Source of the DNA: the human T2T-CHM13v2.0 reference genome, Homo sapiens | Direction: 5' to 3' (one strand) | Length of the DNA stretch: 64,000 nucleotides | NCBI RefSeq assembly: GCF_009914755.1 | Contig: NC_060947.1 | Shown: positions 31,203-47,345 of the stretch, piece after piece | How the letters are laid out: each line of letters opens with the position of its first letter | How positions within the stretch are numbered: position 1 is the first letter of the stretch | Notes under the pieces: model-generated | What the model was told of the DNA's origin: nothing | What the model saw: only the letters and a program-made list of their open reading frames with translations | Databases searched by the model: none | Made by a program: the position numbers and the translations under genes

Positions 31203-33114
31203 GGTGGGTTCAGTTAACTATCTTCATTTTTGGAAAATTTTAGGGGCCAAGGCTCAGTTCTCAACTTTTGTACTGCGTGCTCCAACTCTGAGGGACTTGT
31301 ATCAGACCCCAGTGTTATTCTCTGGCTTCTTGAGGTTATCAACCCACTGCACTAGGGGACCAAAATGCTTTTGGACCAGTGGTCACTACACTCTGATGGT
31401 TGGTGCCAGCCAAAGCGTTTCTTAGGGCAATGGTAACGGGATCTTTTCTCATTTGCACATCCGAGCAGCAGTGGCAGTGACAGTATGAAGGGGTGCATGT
31501 AAGCAACAACATGGACGGGTGCATGCTAACTGGCTGCAGCAGGGTGTTAGTGGGTGCCAGGGTGCCTATCTTCTTGTGGGCATTCACAGCAGTGGCAGAG
31601 GCCGCACAGCTGGTATAGGGGGAGTAGGAGGGGGGCCTGTTGGTGGTTGTGCATGCTGTCACACTTGTGGTGTTAGCACAGGGGCAGAGCATTGGTGGGC
31701 ACAGGTCTGTGTGCACCCTCTGGCTGCTCAGGGTTGTGGAGGGCTTGCTGTTCTGCATGCCTACTTTCACTCCAGCAGCAGTGTTGGCACAGGGGCAGGG
31801 CGCTGATGGGGGCAGGGCTAGCAGCATCTGTGCCTGTCAAAACTCTGAATGAAATGGTGATAAGGCAGGGGAGTGGGGGCAGAGTGCACTCCCACCAGCA
31901 GCAGAAGCAGGGCAGGTTGTGCATACAAACGTTCACTGGCAGGGCAGGTAAGGCAAAATCCACTCACAGACACACGTGCTGACAGATATGAAGGGCAGCC
32001 ATAGGCCTGGGGAAGCTACAGTGGTGGGAGGGAGTAGGCAGGATGGTGCCTGGCCATGGGGGCTGCCCCACCGAAGCTTCCATCCATCAGACACAGTCCA
32101 CTAGTGCAGGAGCTATGATGCGGTGCCTTGGGGCACCCAACGCTGCATTGCAAGCAAGTACAACCAGGATGGGGTCCTGAGAGAGGCCAGCAGACCAAGG
32201 AGTGCTCAGGTTGGACCAGCCCCATTTGATGGGCAAGACTGCCCTGCAGAGTTCAGGTCTGACAGCTCCCCTAAGGCTAAAGTCTCCTATGGGAGCAAGT
32301 CAAGGCTGAAAGGATGGGCATCCGTGGCTGTGCTCCACTACAGACACTCCCAAACCAAACCCTCTGGGCTCCGCATAGGCTGGTGTACTCACCTTAGCAC
32401 TTCTGGAAGAAGCTCTCCCTGCCAACTCAAGTGTCCATGGTGGTCTAGGGATTTCCTCCTGCCAGGATTCCAGAGGCCCAGGTTGCTCCTTGCCAGTTCA
32501 ACTCACTCATTTGTACCATTCGGGACCGGGAATGAGTCCCAGGGTACAGTAGCCCCGTGCAGAGTTCCCAGCTTCCTCTCTCTTCAGCCCATCTTCTGTG
32601 CCTTCCCTCCATCCACTTCAGTGCCTTCCTTCTGAAGATCTGTTAGGAGTGCATCAGTCATCTTGATCCCTCAGTGGCAGCTATACCATATGGCTGCATG
32701 TAGTCAACTATCTTCGAATCTTCAACTGAATCTTCTTATTTTGTTGATAAAACTTGTATAGGTCTCAGGCCTATGAATTGATGCAGATTTTCTTGACTCC
32801 TATATAATAATGGTAATAAATTAGACAATTAAAATTTTTTCCTCCCCTTTTAATTATAGTGTTCTATTCAGTTATCACTGTGTTTTCTAACACTGTAATC
32901 CAGTAGTATGCTTAAACTAAAATTCTTTGTTATGTTTATATGTCCATTCAAAAATACTTTATGATCACCTGTTGGGTGGCTGGCACAAATACTTATAGGA
33001 TATATGAGTAAACAAAACAGATACAATTCCTGCTTTCATAAGGTTCAATTTTCTTAGATCCCTACATGCTAACCCTCCTGAACAATATAAGAAGGGCAGA
33101 ATTATAAAGCCCTT

Positions 33115-33916
33115 TTCTATGATTTGAATGTATGTGTCTAAGTAACTTATGTGGCTATAACAGAATACCTGATACTTGGTAGTTTATAAAGAACATAAAT
33201 GCATTTCTTACAGTTCTGGAGGCTGTTAAGTCCAAGATCAAGGCACAATTATCTAGTGTCCAGTAAGTGTTCAGTCCCTGCTTCCAAGACAACACCTTGA
33301 TAGTGTGTCCTCAGGAGGGGAAAAACAGTGTGTCCTCACAGAGCAGAAGGCAGAAAGGCAAAAAAAGACAAACTCCCCTCAATCAAGCCCTTTTGTCACA
33401 GTATTAATCCATTCATCGGAGCAGAGTTATCAAGACCTAAATACGTCCCAAAAGGCCCCACCTACCAAAACTGTTGCACTGGGGATTTAATTTCCAACGT
33501 ATAAATTTGGATGGATACATTTAGACCATAGCAGTGTCCTTCCAAAATTTATATGTTGGAACTTTATACCCACTGTGATAATATTAAGAGGTGGAGCCGT
33601 TGGGAAAGTGATTAAGTCATGAGTGTTCATGAATAGGATAAGTGATCTTATAAAATATGTTGAAAGGGGCACCCTAGTCCTTTTTTTCCCTTTTGTCCCA
33701 TCCACCATGTGAGGACACAGTGTTTATTCCCTCCAGAGGATTCAGCAACAAAGCACCATCGTGGAAACAGAGAGTGAGCCCTTACCAGACAATGAATCTG
33801 CTAGTGCTTTGATCTTAGATTTCTCAATCTCTATAACTGTGAGGTATAAGTTTCTATTATTTATAAATTGCTTGGACTAAGGTATTTTGTTATAGCAGCA
33901 GGAATGGACTAAGACA
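33115..33916. mobile_element. MLT1A-like LTR (+) with nested MST-like LTR (-, ~33136-33533)
   Basis: The outer element starts TATGATTTGAATGTATG and resumes GTGTCCTTCCAAAATTT...GGACTAAGACA. The inner element contains CTTACAGTTCTGGAGGCTG...AGACCATAGCA. Confidence 0.8.
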
Positions 33917-36900
33917 TTTTTCAATAAAATTATTACAATGAGAAAAAACATGGAAACTATTGATGATAAATTAACCTAAAGCAGCAGAATGGAAAATAAC
34001 TTCTGTACTTAATAATGTAATGCATATAATAATAATATCTACCATTAGAGGAGCACACATAAATAAATAACAGCTATAATTTATTGAGGTCTCTAATAGC
34101 ACCATGTACTTTATCTGATTGAATTCCTATCTCAAACATGTAATGTAATTACAATTATTACTGAAGCTCACTGGTTAAGGCAAGGATGGGAAGAGAAGAA
34201 GAGCGGAACTCTCTCAAAGGCACAGAGATAGTAAATGGCAAAGCCAGGACTCCAAACCTATTGCTTATCTTACCTCACTAAAACAATGTCAGTCAAATAC
34301 AAGGATGAATAATACATCAAAAGCATTTTCCACTCTCCAGGAGCTCATGAGTCACCCAAAGTTGTAGACAACTAAAAACAATAACATTTACTATGCACTT
34401 ACTATCACCTCAGTGCTGTGCTAAACCATTTAAAAATACTTTATTTCACTTAATCTTTACAATGAGACTATAAAATAAGTACTGTTAGTATCTCTGTTTT
34501 AAAGATAAGGGAACCAAGGGAAACTTGCCTAAGGTCACACAGCTAATAAGGAAGCTGGGACAAGGATTGAGACATACAAAAAACAACATTTTTTTGTACA
34601 TTAAGGTAAACAGATTATTGGTGAGATTCCTTTGGAAAACTGCCTGTAATAACTTGCTTTCATCCTTTTTCCAGCAGAAAACACAGCACTGAAGCAGATT
34701 ATATTTTCATGAGTCATTTTCTACTTATGCTACTGAGAGATTTATTTGTTCCATAAACATTAGCTACCATCCTCAATCCAGTGGTATGCAATATTGTGTA
34801 AATGCAGCTCTCCCACACCTGCAGAGGAGTGACCTCAGGGAGCAAACAGAGGTTGCCTCAGCAGTCTCTCTTTCTCTCTCTCTCTCTATTTCATAGACCT
34901 ATGATCCTGTTCTCAGCAACACTTAAAGTAGCTCTTCTCCTGTGCTTTAATGAAAGCTTGCTCTGACACTGCTATTGATAAGGGGTATTTGATGTCACTT
35001 TGGAACGAGTGGACATGTGTATAAGTATATATTTACAGGAAATTAATCCATCCTCTGGTCATGGAAGTTGGAAGAACATAAAAGCATGTAAGCAGCCTGA
35101 GATGGTTGACTCACAAGGAAATGACTAAGAGTCACCAAAATGCTATGACTTGGACACCTAAACTATCTAGCATGAGGATATACGCTCTCTTAGAGACTAT
35201 AAAACTCCACTATGTATTTTATGAGCAGGATTGTGGAAGCTTCTAAATATGGCTACATTAGAAATATTTCAGGGAATGTAAAAAGTTGCCTTTTAAATCA
35301 TGATTATATAACAATTATTTAGAATGATTAAATTCTGATTTTCCTTGAAAAAATATAAAAGCTAAAATGTATACATCTATGATGAGCTGTTATGTGGAGC
35401 AAATAGAAAAGGATAAAATAGAGTAGTTCAAAAGGACTTAGAAATAAAGAAACTAAACCAGAAAGTAAAATGGAATTTACTGAAATAGTGGCACAGTTAA
35501 AACTGGATGCCCTTTTTACAATAATGTATGTAGAAATACATTCCACAATGCCCCTCCCCAAATTCCAAACCAGAATCATTAACTTGAAAGTCACTCTCAA
35601 CAATAATTAAGACTCTATGGTTTAAACAATTAATTTGGGCAATGGTAGTTGAAATGGAAACATAATTCATCTGTTTGCTAAGTGTTATGCATTTCCCTGA
35701 AAACTGAATCAAATTCTAGCTATCTACATTATAAAATGTAGAATGGTAGAGCTTAGAGAGCGTCATCTGAAATTTTCAGGCTTTACATGAGGAAGCAGAG
35801 TTTCCACATAGGGGTTCACTGATTAGTCCTAGGGCACACGATAAGTAAGCACAACTGGAGCTAGTACCCAGAACTCCAAGTCCAGCACTCTTCTTTTTAT
35901 TAGCTATAATTTAGGTTTCTTTAGATTTTGTAAAATGGGATCAGAAAAGTATGTTCCTTGAAAACATTTTGAAGGAGGGAGGCTCAGTTTGGTCTTGGCT
36001 TCCCACAGCATTTTCATTTTGTTCGCAAGCTCAGAAGTGCTGCACTCCACACAGTCCAATCCTTCTGGGCAATGTTGCATATTCCAGACCTTTGTCATTC
36101 CACTCCTTAAGGTTGCCACAGATTTTAATGAAAAAAAAAAAAACTTCAATAGTGGAATTTCAGGCCTTAGAAAAGAGCTTGGAAAAGAAGTGAATGTATA
36201 TCCTCGAATCACAAATGGTTTCATGTACTAATCTTGTACTTCTGTGACATACCCATCTCTGACTACAATTTTTTTCACAATTTTATCTTAGTATTTTCCA
36301 TAGACAGTAATGCAAGCCCTCAATACAGAGTCCCAGATTAGCTCGCCAATGAACATTTGCAGCAAGGCTATTTTGGACAACTTAATGACCCAATGGCTCA
36401 GTAATCAAATCAATTGCTCAGCACCTGACCTTTAACTAGATAAAAATCTATAACTCTGACAAATCACTCATCTCACTGTCTTCTTTACAAAATAATAAGA
36501 AAAAAAGACCAGAGCATGAGCCACTATGAGATACCAGAACAAACTCCCTTATAATTTAATATAATATAGAATCACTTTTTCTCTCTCATAAATGGATCAG
36601 TACACCTACGGATTCAGTTCTGGTCAAGCAACTACAACTGCACAAAGAAGCCTAAGACTTCTGTCTTTTTATATAAAATATAGCTTACTGAAAAAGTGTC
36701 ACAGAATATGGATTAATCACACTCTCTGCTCCAGTAATAGTGTATGCCTATATTACGACTTTACAGAACAATAATTTTCTTTATCCCAAAAATCTAAAGA
36801 GAGAAAAATGGCTCATGTCACTAAAACATATTGCCATGAAGTATTTTCTGTCACATAAGTGAGTGGAACTCTTTCTGGTTTTTACAAGGCTGCCATTTAA

Positions 36901-38875
36901 TGGTATTTTTTTTAAAAATAATAATAATAAGTCATAGCCATGCAGGTATTCAATGTTCAGTGTATTTTTTTCTACTGTGCATGATAATGGCCTTTCCTTA
37001 AAGCTCTTTGATAGGATTGGTCAATATAAGCCCTGAAACCAATAGAAACAGCTCACAGACAACATTCTAATTAGCAAAGGGGCCTATGTGACCCTCAAAG
37101 TATCCCTGTTTCTCTTGGCACAGCCTAAAAATCAATATGCATTTTCCTACAGAGACACACAAATGCCATTTAAAAAAAAAACTCTTTTCTCTCTTTCTCT
37201 GAAAGTAACCTGAGCTGTGAGAATTGTTATTCTTACTCTGAAAACTATCACCATTGTTTGCTTAGAGGTTCTGTGATACAGTGAACATATATAGGCTTGG
37301 AATCACACAGATCTGAGTAGAAATACTAGGTCCTCTACTGGCTAGCTGCATAATTTGGAGGCAGGTCATTTTACCTCTGTAAGCTTCAGTTTTCTCTTCC
37401 CAACATAAAGTAGGTATGTGTAAATCAGCACAACCGATTTACTGAAGGGAGAACTCTGCTTCAGTTCCCATTCATGTTCTATATTTGGAGAGAGAAAATG
37501 AAATAATTCATCTTATATCAATTCTGAATGAGGCCCAAGTTTTTTATTTATTAATTAGCATTTGAGATGTCAACAGATGTGCTCTACATATGAGTGAAAA
37601 ATAGCTCTCATAGTTTATCTTCTTGATGCTCTCCAACTGCCAGGCACAGCAGTCTCTAGAATATTGAACAAGTTAATGGAGGTGCCGCAGTGATGCACTG
37701 TTGTAGTTAGGAGCAGAACATTAGGCACGGAGTTCTTTAAGTATTTAGTTGTAGGCATATATCCTCAATCCTAATGAAAAAGAATAAAATTTCTCAGTAT
37801 CTCATTGCAACAGTTAATAGAATTAAATACCCCAAACCAACACTGTAAAGTTGAGGGAACAATGCATCACATAAAAACAAGGGAATGTAATATTTTATTA
37901 TCTGTTGCCCAACCAATATGCCTCTTTCCATTGTAATTAAACTTTTGGTTTGAATGAGTTTTTTTTCTTTTGTAATAATTTAGTACATTTGCATGTGCAT
38001 AATAAGTATAAAATTACAATTATTATCATGTAATGCATTTAATGTTCAGTCAATCGTATTATCTTCTGGTCTAAAACCTTAATATCTATTGAATTGAGAG
38101 TCCTGAACACAGAGTCCCAGATTAGCTCACCAATGAACAGAAAAAAAAAAACAGAGAAAAGGGGAGAAAGAGGATAAAGAGAAAGAGAAAGCAAGTGAAA
38201 GAGAGCAAAAAGGAGAGAGCAAGAGAGCATGAGAGCAACAGTTGCTGTTCAGGACCATAACTGAAAGCTAACAGGATTTTTCATTACTATCCAGATGCGA
38301 TCCAATTCCACCTATAATTTTATACTGAGAGAAAAAAGGATGCTTTATGTTCAATTAATTCTGAAGAATTTTTTATTGTTTGTAATACTTTTATAATTTA
38401 CTCTGTAAAGGTATTAAGTTGTGTCATTTTCCATTTGGTTTCTACACTCTAATCAGCTTGCGATAACAAGAAGCATTATGAAGTGGCAATGCAATCTTGA
38501 ATACATGGAAACAGACAGCACCACAAATCTTCCTGCCTATTACTTTCAGTGAAGTTAATAATCAAAAGTGCCTCTTATAAAAAGTACTGCATATTATAGC
38601 TTCAGAGACTTCAGAGAGCATCTCAGAAAATTGCTATGCATGACTGTTCATGAAGGTCAAATAATTAATATAGCACAAAATATGTCTGTTCAGGGAAAGG
38701 GAAGTATTTTAGGTCTTGCAGAGGCCCACGAGTCCATAACCCAACATTATTTTAGGGTGATAAAACAAACACAATGAAAGATTGCTCAACAAAGGAAGGA
38801 ACTGATCAATGCAATTATAAGAATGAATTAACATGGATCAGTTATTTCATATACATTATTTCAATGGTTTTCAAC

Positions 38876-39732
<857 letters not shown>

Positions 39733-42700
39733 ACAAGTGGTCTGTGGAGCTCAAGTGATCGGACAGTTATGGAAAACAGACCACAAATTCACGTGTATAC
39801 CAAATATTAACTAGAGATTGAACAAACAATTTATCTCCTAGATATACATACTGTTATATAATAAAATGTAAATGTATTTAGAAGTATTATTTAATTCTGG
39901 ACAGCATTTTAATCATTGGATATTTTCCCAGTCATTAGGTAGTAACACATACCTACTTTATGTTGGGAAGAGAAAACAGGCTTAGAGAGATAAAAATGAC
40001 CTGCCTCCAAATTATGCAGCTAGCTAGTAGAGGACCTGGTATTCCTGCTTAGGTCTGTGTGATTCCAAGCCTGTATATGTTCACTATATCACAGAACCTC
40101 TAAGCAAACAATGGTGATAGTTTCTTGTGAAGTTTTCTACACAGATAGGGAAAAGCAAATAGCACTAAGCAAACTCACTTGTACACCATCCTCAATACTA
40201 AGCTAAGTAAAAAGATTTTGGGGTAAGATTTATCACGCCTTATCTAAGGAAATGGACAGAAATAGGCAAGATAAGTCAAGATGGGGAATATAGTTAGAGC
40301 AAGAACTCTTACTTTGACTATCAAGAGCTCTTAGCCACAGGGTAAGACAAAGATTCACAGAGATGGGCAAGGACTAATCTAGCAAGCAGCACTAGAGGAC
40401 ACTAATATAAAGACTATGGATGTTGATTCCCCACTTTAAGGCCCAATTTTATATTCCCTGCTCAAACTGAAGGTCAAAATATAAGCATAATATACTGGAG
40501 AGAATTATGCTTTTCATTCAGACACACAGAGTTTGGAATATTCACTCTACTATCTGTCTGACCCAAAGCCAGTACTGTTTACAGTGTGTTCCATCCAATG
40601 TTACACATATGATACAACTAACACTTCCTAAGCAAAAACTATGTGCCGGCCACTGTGCTCACCTCTTTACAAGCATTGTCTTTAAATCCTCAATGCTGAG
40701 AGCAAAATACTATTTTTAACCCCCTTTTAAAAGATGATGAAAATAAGTTTTGGAGACGTTGAGTGATTTTCCCAAGATCATGCAACTACTAAGTGGCAGA
40801 GAAAAAAAATAAATTTAAGGGCATTGTACTTCATAGCAGTAAGTTTACAGCTCACCACAGAATATTTGATAAGGGGTGTGATGGATTCTCAGCTGTGTTT
40901 TAAGAAAAGCACCTGTTTGGCAGCATGAAAAATGAAGGATTCCTTGATTAGAGATTGGGAGTCCAATTATAAGGCTGTTGCAATAGAATTATGGCAGTGG
41001 CAGTGGAGAAGAAGGGAAATGTACTGTAGTTGTTGCTGAAATTGCTGCTGTAGAACCAGAGAGCTAATGCGACTCAGAAGGGCAAGGTAAAGAAAGGGAT
41101 TTCTGGATTTGAAGAACTGGGAAATTGTGGTCATTAAGAACTGAAGTAACACCAAAAGGAGGATGATTGATCATCTTTGGTGTATGTGAAATGGATGGTA
41201 AGCAGAAGATGGGGAGGGAAGGGAGAAAGTATATTCCGTTTTAGACAGGTTGCATTTGAGTTGTTGGTGTTGGGCATATATGTTTATTACATGCGCAGCT
41301 ATTTTGCAGTTAATAGAATAGGAAGATAAAAGATTATTTTAAAAAATTCAACTGTGAAAGTAAAGCACCATGTAAAATTGAATTTATAATAGTAAATATA
41401 ATTAAAGGTGGTTGAAAATTATAGCCTAGCCTATCTCAGAGAGTCATTGTAAAGATTTAAGTAGATAGATATGAAAATGTGCTGTAAACTACAACATGGT
41501 ATACAAATAGGAATAATTGACATATGTTTATGAATGTTTAATGGACAAGTGGACACTGCAGACAAGCTGCTAAAAAAACAAAATCAGTTTGAATGATAAA
41601 GATCTGAGAGTTGTTAGTATACAGGGACTCCAAGTGGTGAAATATATTTTATCTTTTAACCACCTTATTTGTATAAGTTGAAAAAAGATCAAATCAGAAC
41701 CAAGAAATATGAATTGGAGTATATTTGTATTACAAACTTCAAAGTGTAGCCACCCTTCTAAAGTCACCCAGGGTAAGAAGCATCCCATTTACTGGGTCTA
41801 TTAGGAAGAAATTTATTTTTTGTCCCCCCACTACCTAGTGCCTCACATCACAGGAGTTACCTCATTTATGGTGCTCTTTCTTTTGCAACCCTGGAAATGA
41901 GAACGAGCTAGATATATCCCATAAAATGGCTTTTGCAGATTTAAAAATAAAGATAGCATTTTGGCTAAGTAATAAATCATTGCGAAAGAATTTCCAATGA
42001 AAAAAGTATATTTAAAACAGTTATGTGGGAAGAGTAGTATATAGAAATGTTACTGTTCTATAAGTACACATGATATAGTGCAGGAATATTACAGAGAAAA
42101 TTATTACATGAGCAGAAGGAGTTAATATGCAATTGAAAGCATATCTAGCTACATAATTAAATGGGAAAAGTCATCTTTATTTAAAAGCACATGGCATAGG
42201 CAAAATGAGTAGGGTCATTTTCATAATGTCTTTGTGGGTTATGAGCCAAACCTTCCCTAAGAATATGAAACAATGAAAATGAAAAGTTACTCAGTCTCCT
42301 GAAGCTTCTCTCATATGTAACTGCCCGATTAGTCAGGGGTAATATCCATTCGTGTCTAAACTACCTGTATCTTTGCACACTAAAATGAAGCATTTCAGAG
42401 AAGCATCTGCTTGCAGCATTGCAAAGGCATTTCCTTTAGAGATTATGTATTTCAAACCTTACTTTACAGATAAGAAAACTGAGGATCAGAGAGAGGTGGC
42501 AACTTGTTCATGGTCACAGGAGAGGAGTAGATCTGAATGTAAAGTGCAGTGCTATTTTCAGTCCACCACACAGTCATATTTGTATTTTTTTTATCTTATA
42601 TATTAGCTTTTCCTACCAAAACCTCTGAAATCGGAAATGGTGGTTCCCGAAACGTGTTCTGCAACAAAAGCCTATAAAGCTCCAATTTGTCTGTCTTTCT

Positions 42701-42959
42701 GCTTTACCCTCCACCTATCCAGTGAGACGAAAGAGTAAAATTGAATTGAATTAAAATAATTAAAAGTTTAAAATTACAAGCAACTATGCCAGTTGAGGCA
42801 GCTCTATCATCTTTTGGTGCTTTGTTCTTGGTACAATAGGGTGCAAGAAACAGACTGTCACTCCAAGTAACCCAATGAACCCATAACTGGAATGTACAAA
42901 ATTTAAATTTTTAGACAGTATGGATGTTACATACCTCAATGGTATCTTATTTTTCACAA

Positions 42960-43760
<801 letters not shown>

Positions 43761-45852
43761 CAGAGTTTTCCGGGGTATGTACATGCTATAATTTGTTAAA
43801 AATGCAGACCAAAAGTGACTCATTTGCAGCCAAAATGAAGCAACAGGAACCCAATTTACCTACCTCCTCAACACAGCTCATAAAGAAGAGAACAAAGTCT
43901 ATTAAAGAAAGGCTTTCTGGCACTGGATATCTGGCAATGCAGGGCAGTGATGCTAGAAAGAGAAAGAAAAATTGAAGTGAGTCCTACAGTTACCCCAGCT
44001 TACTGCCTGAAGAGATTTTCTAATTTATGGCTCTGAGAGGGGGAACTTGGGCAGAGACCAACAATATCCCTGAGGTAAGGAGAAAGAGCTGGAAACCCAA
44101 GAAGTATGAGAAAACTAGAGTTCATAGGACAGAGTAGAAGAAGTTAAATTCCTGGTGAGTACAGTATAAAGCTTAAGTAACTAATCCCTTCCTTCACTCA
44201 ATCTTTATTCGAAGGGCAGAGATAAAGAATACCTGCGCCCCAGTGACTCTCACTGCACCTTTCTCTTAGGGCGTGGATTCCATGCTTGGAGACACAAGCT
44301 GAAACAACCAGTAGCTACTACCCCACATAGTGCTGAACGTGGTCAATCAGAGTTTTTCCAGGGGTAGCAGCAGTCCACATAAAAAGAAAGCTCTGAGTAA
44401 GTCACAAAGAAGATAATTTTATTTGACACAGTGTGTATTCAAGTTTAAGAGCACTCTCAAAAACAACAACAAAACATTATAATTAAAAGCAGCAAGTTTA
44501 AACCGTAGGCAAGCTAATTCACCAGAGAGAACCAGGAAAAGAGACACCTACATAGAGCCCTACTGAGATGAAAATAAACCTCAAAAATTATCCCTGCCTA
44601 GGTATAATTGGATCAGACAGTGGAGCAATTTATGCCCCAGAGCACTGTCAAAACAATAAACCAGTAAAACAGTAAAAAAAAAAATTAAAAAAGAAATAAG
44701 AATAATTAGCAGAGCCTAAAAGTGGGGTAGAATAGAATTGAAGCAGACAGGTTAAAAAAGAGATCAGAAACAGAAACCTTCTAAAACCACTGTCATTCCT
44801 GGTGACTATGTGCATGCCCAAGGTTGCACCTTCTGAGGAACAACACAAAAGGCTTCACACTGCAGGAGAAATTGACTTCACAAAAATTCACAAAAATACC
44901 CTACTCCAGCAACAAAACAAATAAGCAAATGAAAACGTAAATAAGCTCTAGTATTGAAGAAGTGGAATCAGTGTACAGAATTGCCAAAAGAAATTATCTC
45001 TAATGTTCATTTTTCAGCAAAATGTTATGATATGTTGCAAAGAAACTGGAACAAGTCGCTCACACAGAAGAAAAGAAAAGTAGGCAACAGAAAATAACTA
45101 AGAGAAAGACAAAATGTTATAATTAACACTTCAAAGTAGCCATTATAAATGTGTTCAAAGGACTAATAGAAGCCATGTTTAAAGAGTTAAAAGAAGCTAT
45201 GAGAAAAAAAGATCTCTTCAAAGAGAGAGAGACAGAAATTATTTTAAAAGAAGTAAATGAAAATTATGGAGTTAAAAATTACAATAATCCAAATAAAAAA
45301 TATGTAATAGAGGGATTCAACAGTACATTTGAACTGAAAATAGAGAGAATCAGAAACTTGACTATAAATAGAGATTATACAGTCTAAAGAACCAAGATAA
45401 ACTAGAATGAAGAAAATAAATAGACCTAAAGTGAAATGTGGCACATTTTTAAGCACACCAACAGATATGTAGTGAGAGTACCAGAAGAAGAGGAAAAAGA
45501 AGTGAGAAGAAAAAAAAAGAATGGCTGAAAACTTCCTGAAGTTTTTGGGAAACATCAATCTTCACATCCAAGAAGCTCAACAAATTTTGAACAATAAGCT
45601 CAAGGAGATGCACACAGACCCATAGTAAAAATGTTCAATATATAAGACAGAAAAAAAATATTAAAATTGGCGAGAGAAAAGTGACTCATCACATACAAGG
45701 AAACTTCCATATAATTGACAGTTAACTTCTTATCAGAAACAATGAAAGTTAGAAGGCAGTGAGATAACATATTTAAAGTGATCAAAGAAAATAAAAATTT
45801 CAAGAATATCAAAGAAATCAACCAAGAATTCTGTAGTCATCAGAAATATTTT

Positions 45853-46451
45853 GGTTGGGCGCAGTGGTCTGTAATTTCAACACTTTAGGAGTCCAAGGCA
45901 AGAGAATTATTTGAGGCTGGGAGTTCAAGACCAGCCTGGGCAACATAGCAAGAACCCACCTCTACAAGATTTGCTTGTTTAAATGTATGTAGCACCTCTC
46001 TTTACTCTGTCTCTCTCCTGCCACCATGTGAAGAAGGTACTCGCTTCCCCTTCACCCTCCTGCCATGACCGTAAGTTTCCTGAGGCATCCTCAGCCATGC
46101 TTTCTGTACAGCCTGCAGAACTGTGAGTCAATTAAACCTACTTTCTTCATATATTACCCAGTGTCAGGTAGTTCTTTATAAGAGTGTGAGAATGAAATAC
46201 AGTGTGAACGTAAAAAATGGGGCAGCCGCTATAAGAAACAGTATGGAGGTTCCTTAAAACATTAAAAATAGGACTACTATATAATCCAACGATCCCACTT
46301 TTGAGTGCTTAACCAAAAGAATAGAAATCAGGATCTTGAGGAGACATTTGAACTTCCATGCTCATTTCAGCATTATTCACAATAACCAAGTTGTGGAAAC
46401 AAGCTAAATGTCCTTGAATCGATGAACAGATAAAGAAAACGTGGTATCTGT

Positions 46452-46482
<31 letters not shown>

Positions 46483-46840
46483 CACACAGAATGGAATATT
46501 ATTAAGCCTATAAAAGGAAGGAATTACTTCCATATGTGACAACATGGATGAACCTGGAGGACATTACCCTAAGTGAAATAAACCAACCAAAGAAGGACAA
46601 ATACTTTATGATTCTGCTTGTATGAGGTATGTAAATAGTCAAACTCATGGAAGCAGAGAATACAATGGTTGTTATCAAGGGCTGGGGAGAGAGGTACATG
46701 ATGAATTGCTATTCAACACATATAAAATTTTAGATACACAAATGAATATGTTCTAGAAATCTATATACATTCTTATACTTAACAATGTTTTACTATACAT
46801 TTAGAAATTTGTGAAGAAGACAGGTCTCATGTATTTTTTA
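45853..46840 (+). mobile_element. Fused fragments: Alu left monomer (45853-45967), MST LTR 3' half (45968-46201) and L1MA 3' end (46202-46840)
   Basis: GGAGTTCAAGACCAGCCTGGGCAAC; GTAAGTTTCCTGAGGC..AGAACTGTGAGTCAATTAAAC; CAACATGGATGAACCTGGAGGACATTA. Confidence 0.8.
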
Positions 46841-46843
46841 TCA

Positions 46844-47345
<502 letters not shown>

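Larger units (their letters stand above)
26945..32722 (-). mobile_element. L1 (L1PA15-16/L1PB age): 5' UTR, ORF1 and 5' half of ORF2; 3' half missing
   Basis: EN peptides LTDIYRTLHPKTTEYTFFSSAQGTYSKIDH and CCLQETHL. The GC-rich 5' UTR spans 31200-32720 and the 5' end reads AAGATAGTTGACTA on the minus strand. Confidence 0.92.
25300..35350 (-). mobile_element. Ancient Gypsy remnant E (gag, zinc knuckle, RT thumb, RNase H, integrase), interrupted by L1, LTRs and MIRs
   Basis: ERISSC*IV*VSKS*HFGDS (~35125-35190; gag ESI..LAxxCxFGD); LCRCGRAAFTQYC (~34788-34826); ENLHQFIGL/TYTSFI (~32745-32792; ELxSFLGL..YxxFI); ALVKQFH and DDHRIIF (~26730-26812); KVNEFKAAIA*IF (~25920-25960); FGGLIIILSLLASQVIS (~25565-25615). 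Confidence 0.65.

Noticed and set aside
31204-32635. Several 95-170 aa ORFs in GC-rich sequence
   Set aside because: They lie in the L1 5' UTR and are expected from low stop-codon density; no recognisable domain.
13850-32722. The minus-strand L1 3' part (13850-15760) and 5' part (26945-32722) as one split element
   Set aside because: They overlap by ~130 bp in L1 coordinates with different sequence, share no TSD, and older DNA lies between them.
34866-34970. Strong plus-strand splice acceptor (CT-rich tract, then TTTCATAG)
   Set aside because: It is a simple CT repeat, all frames close quickly and there is no good donor.
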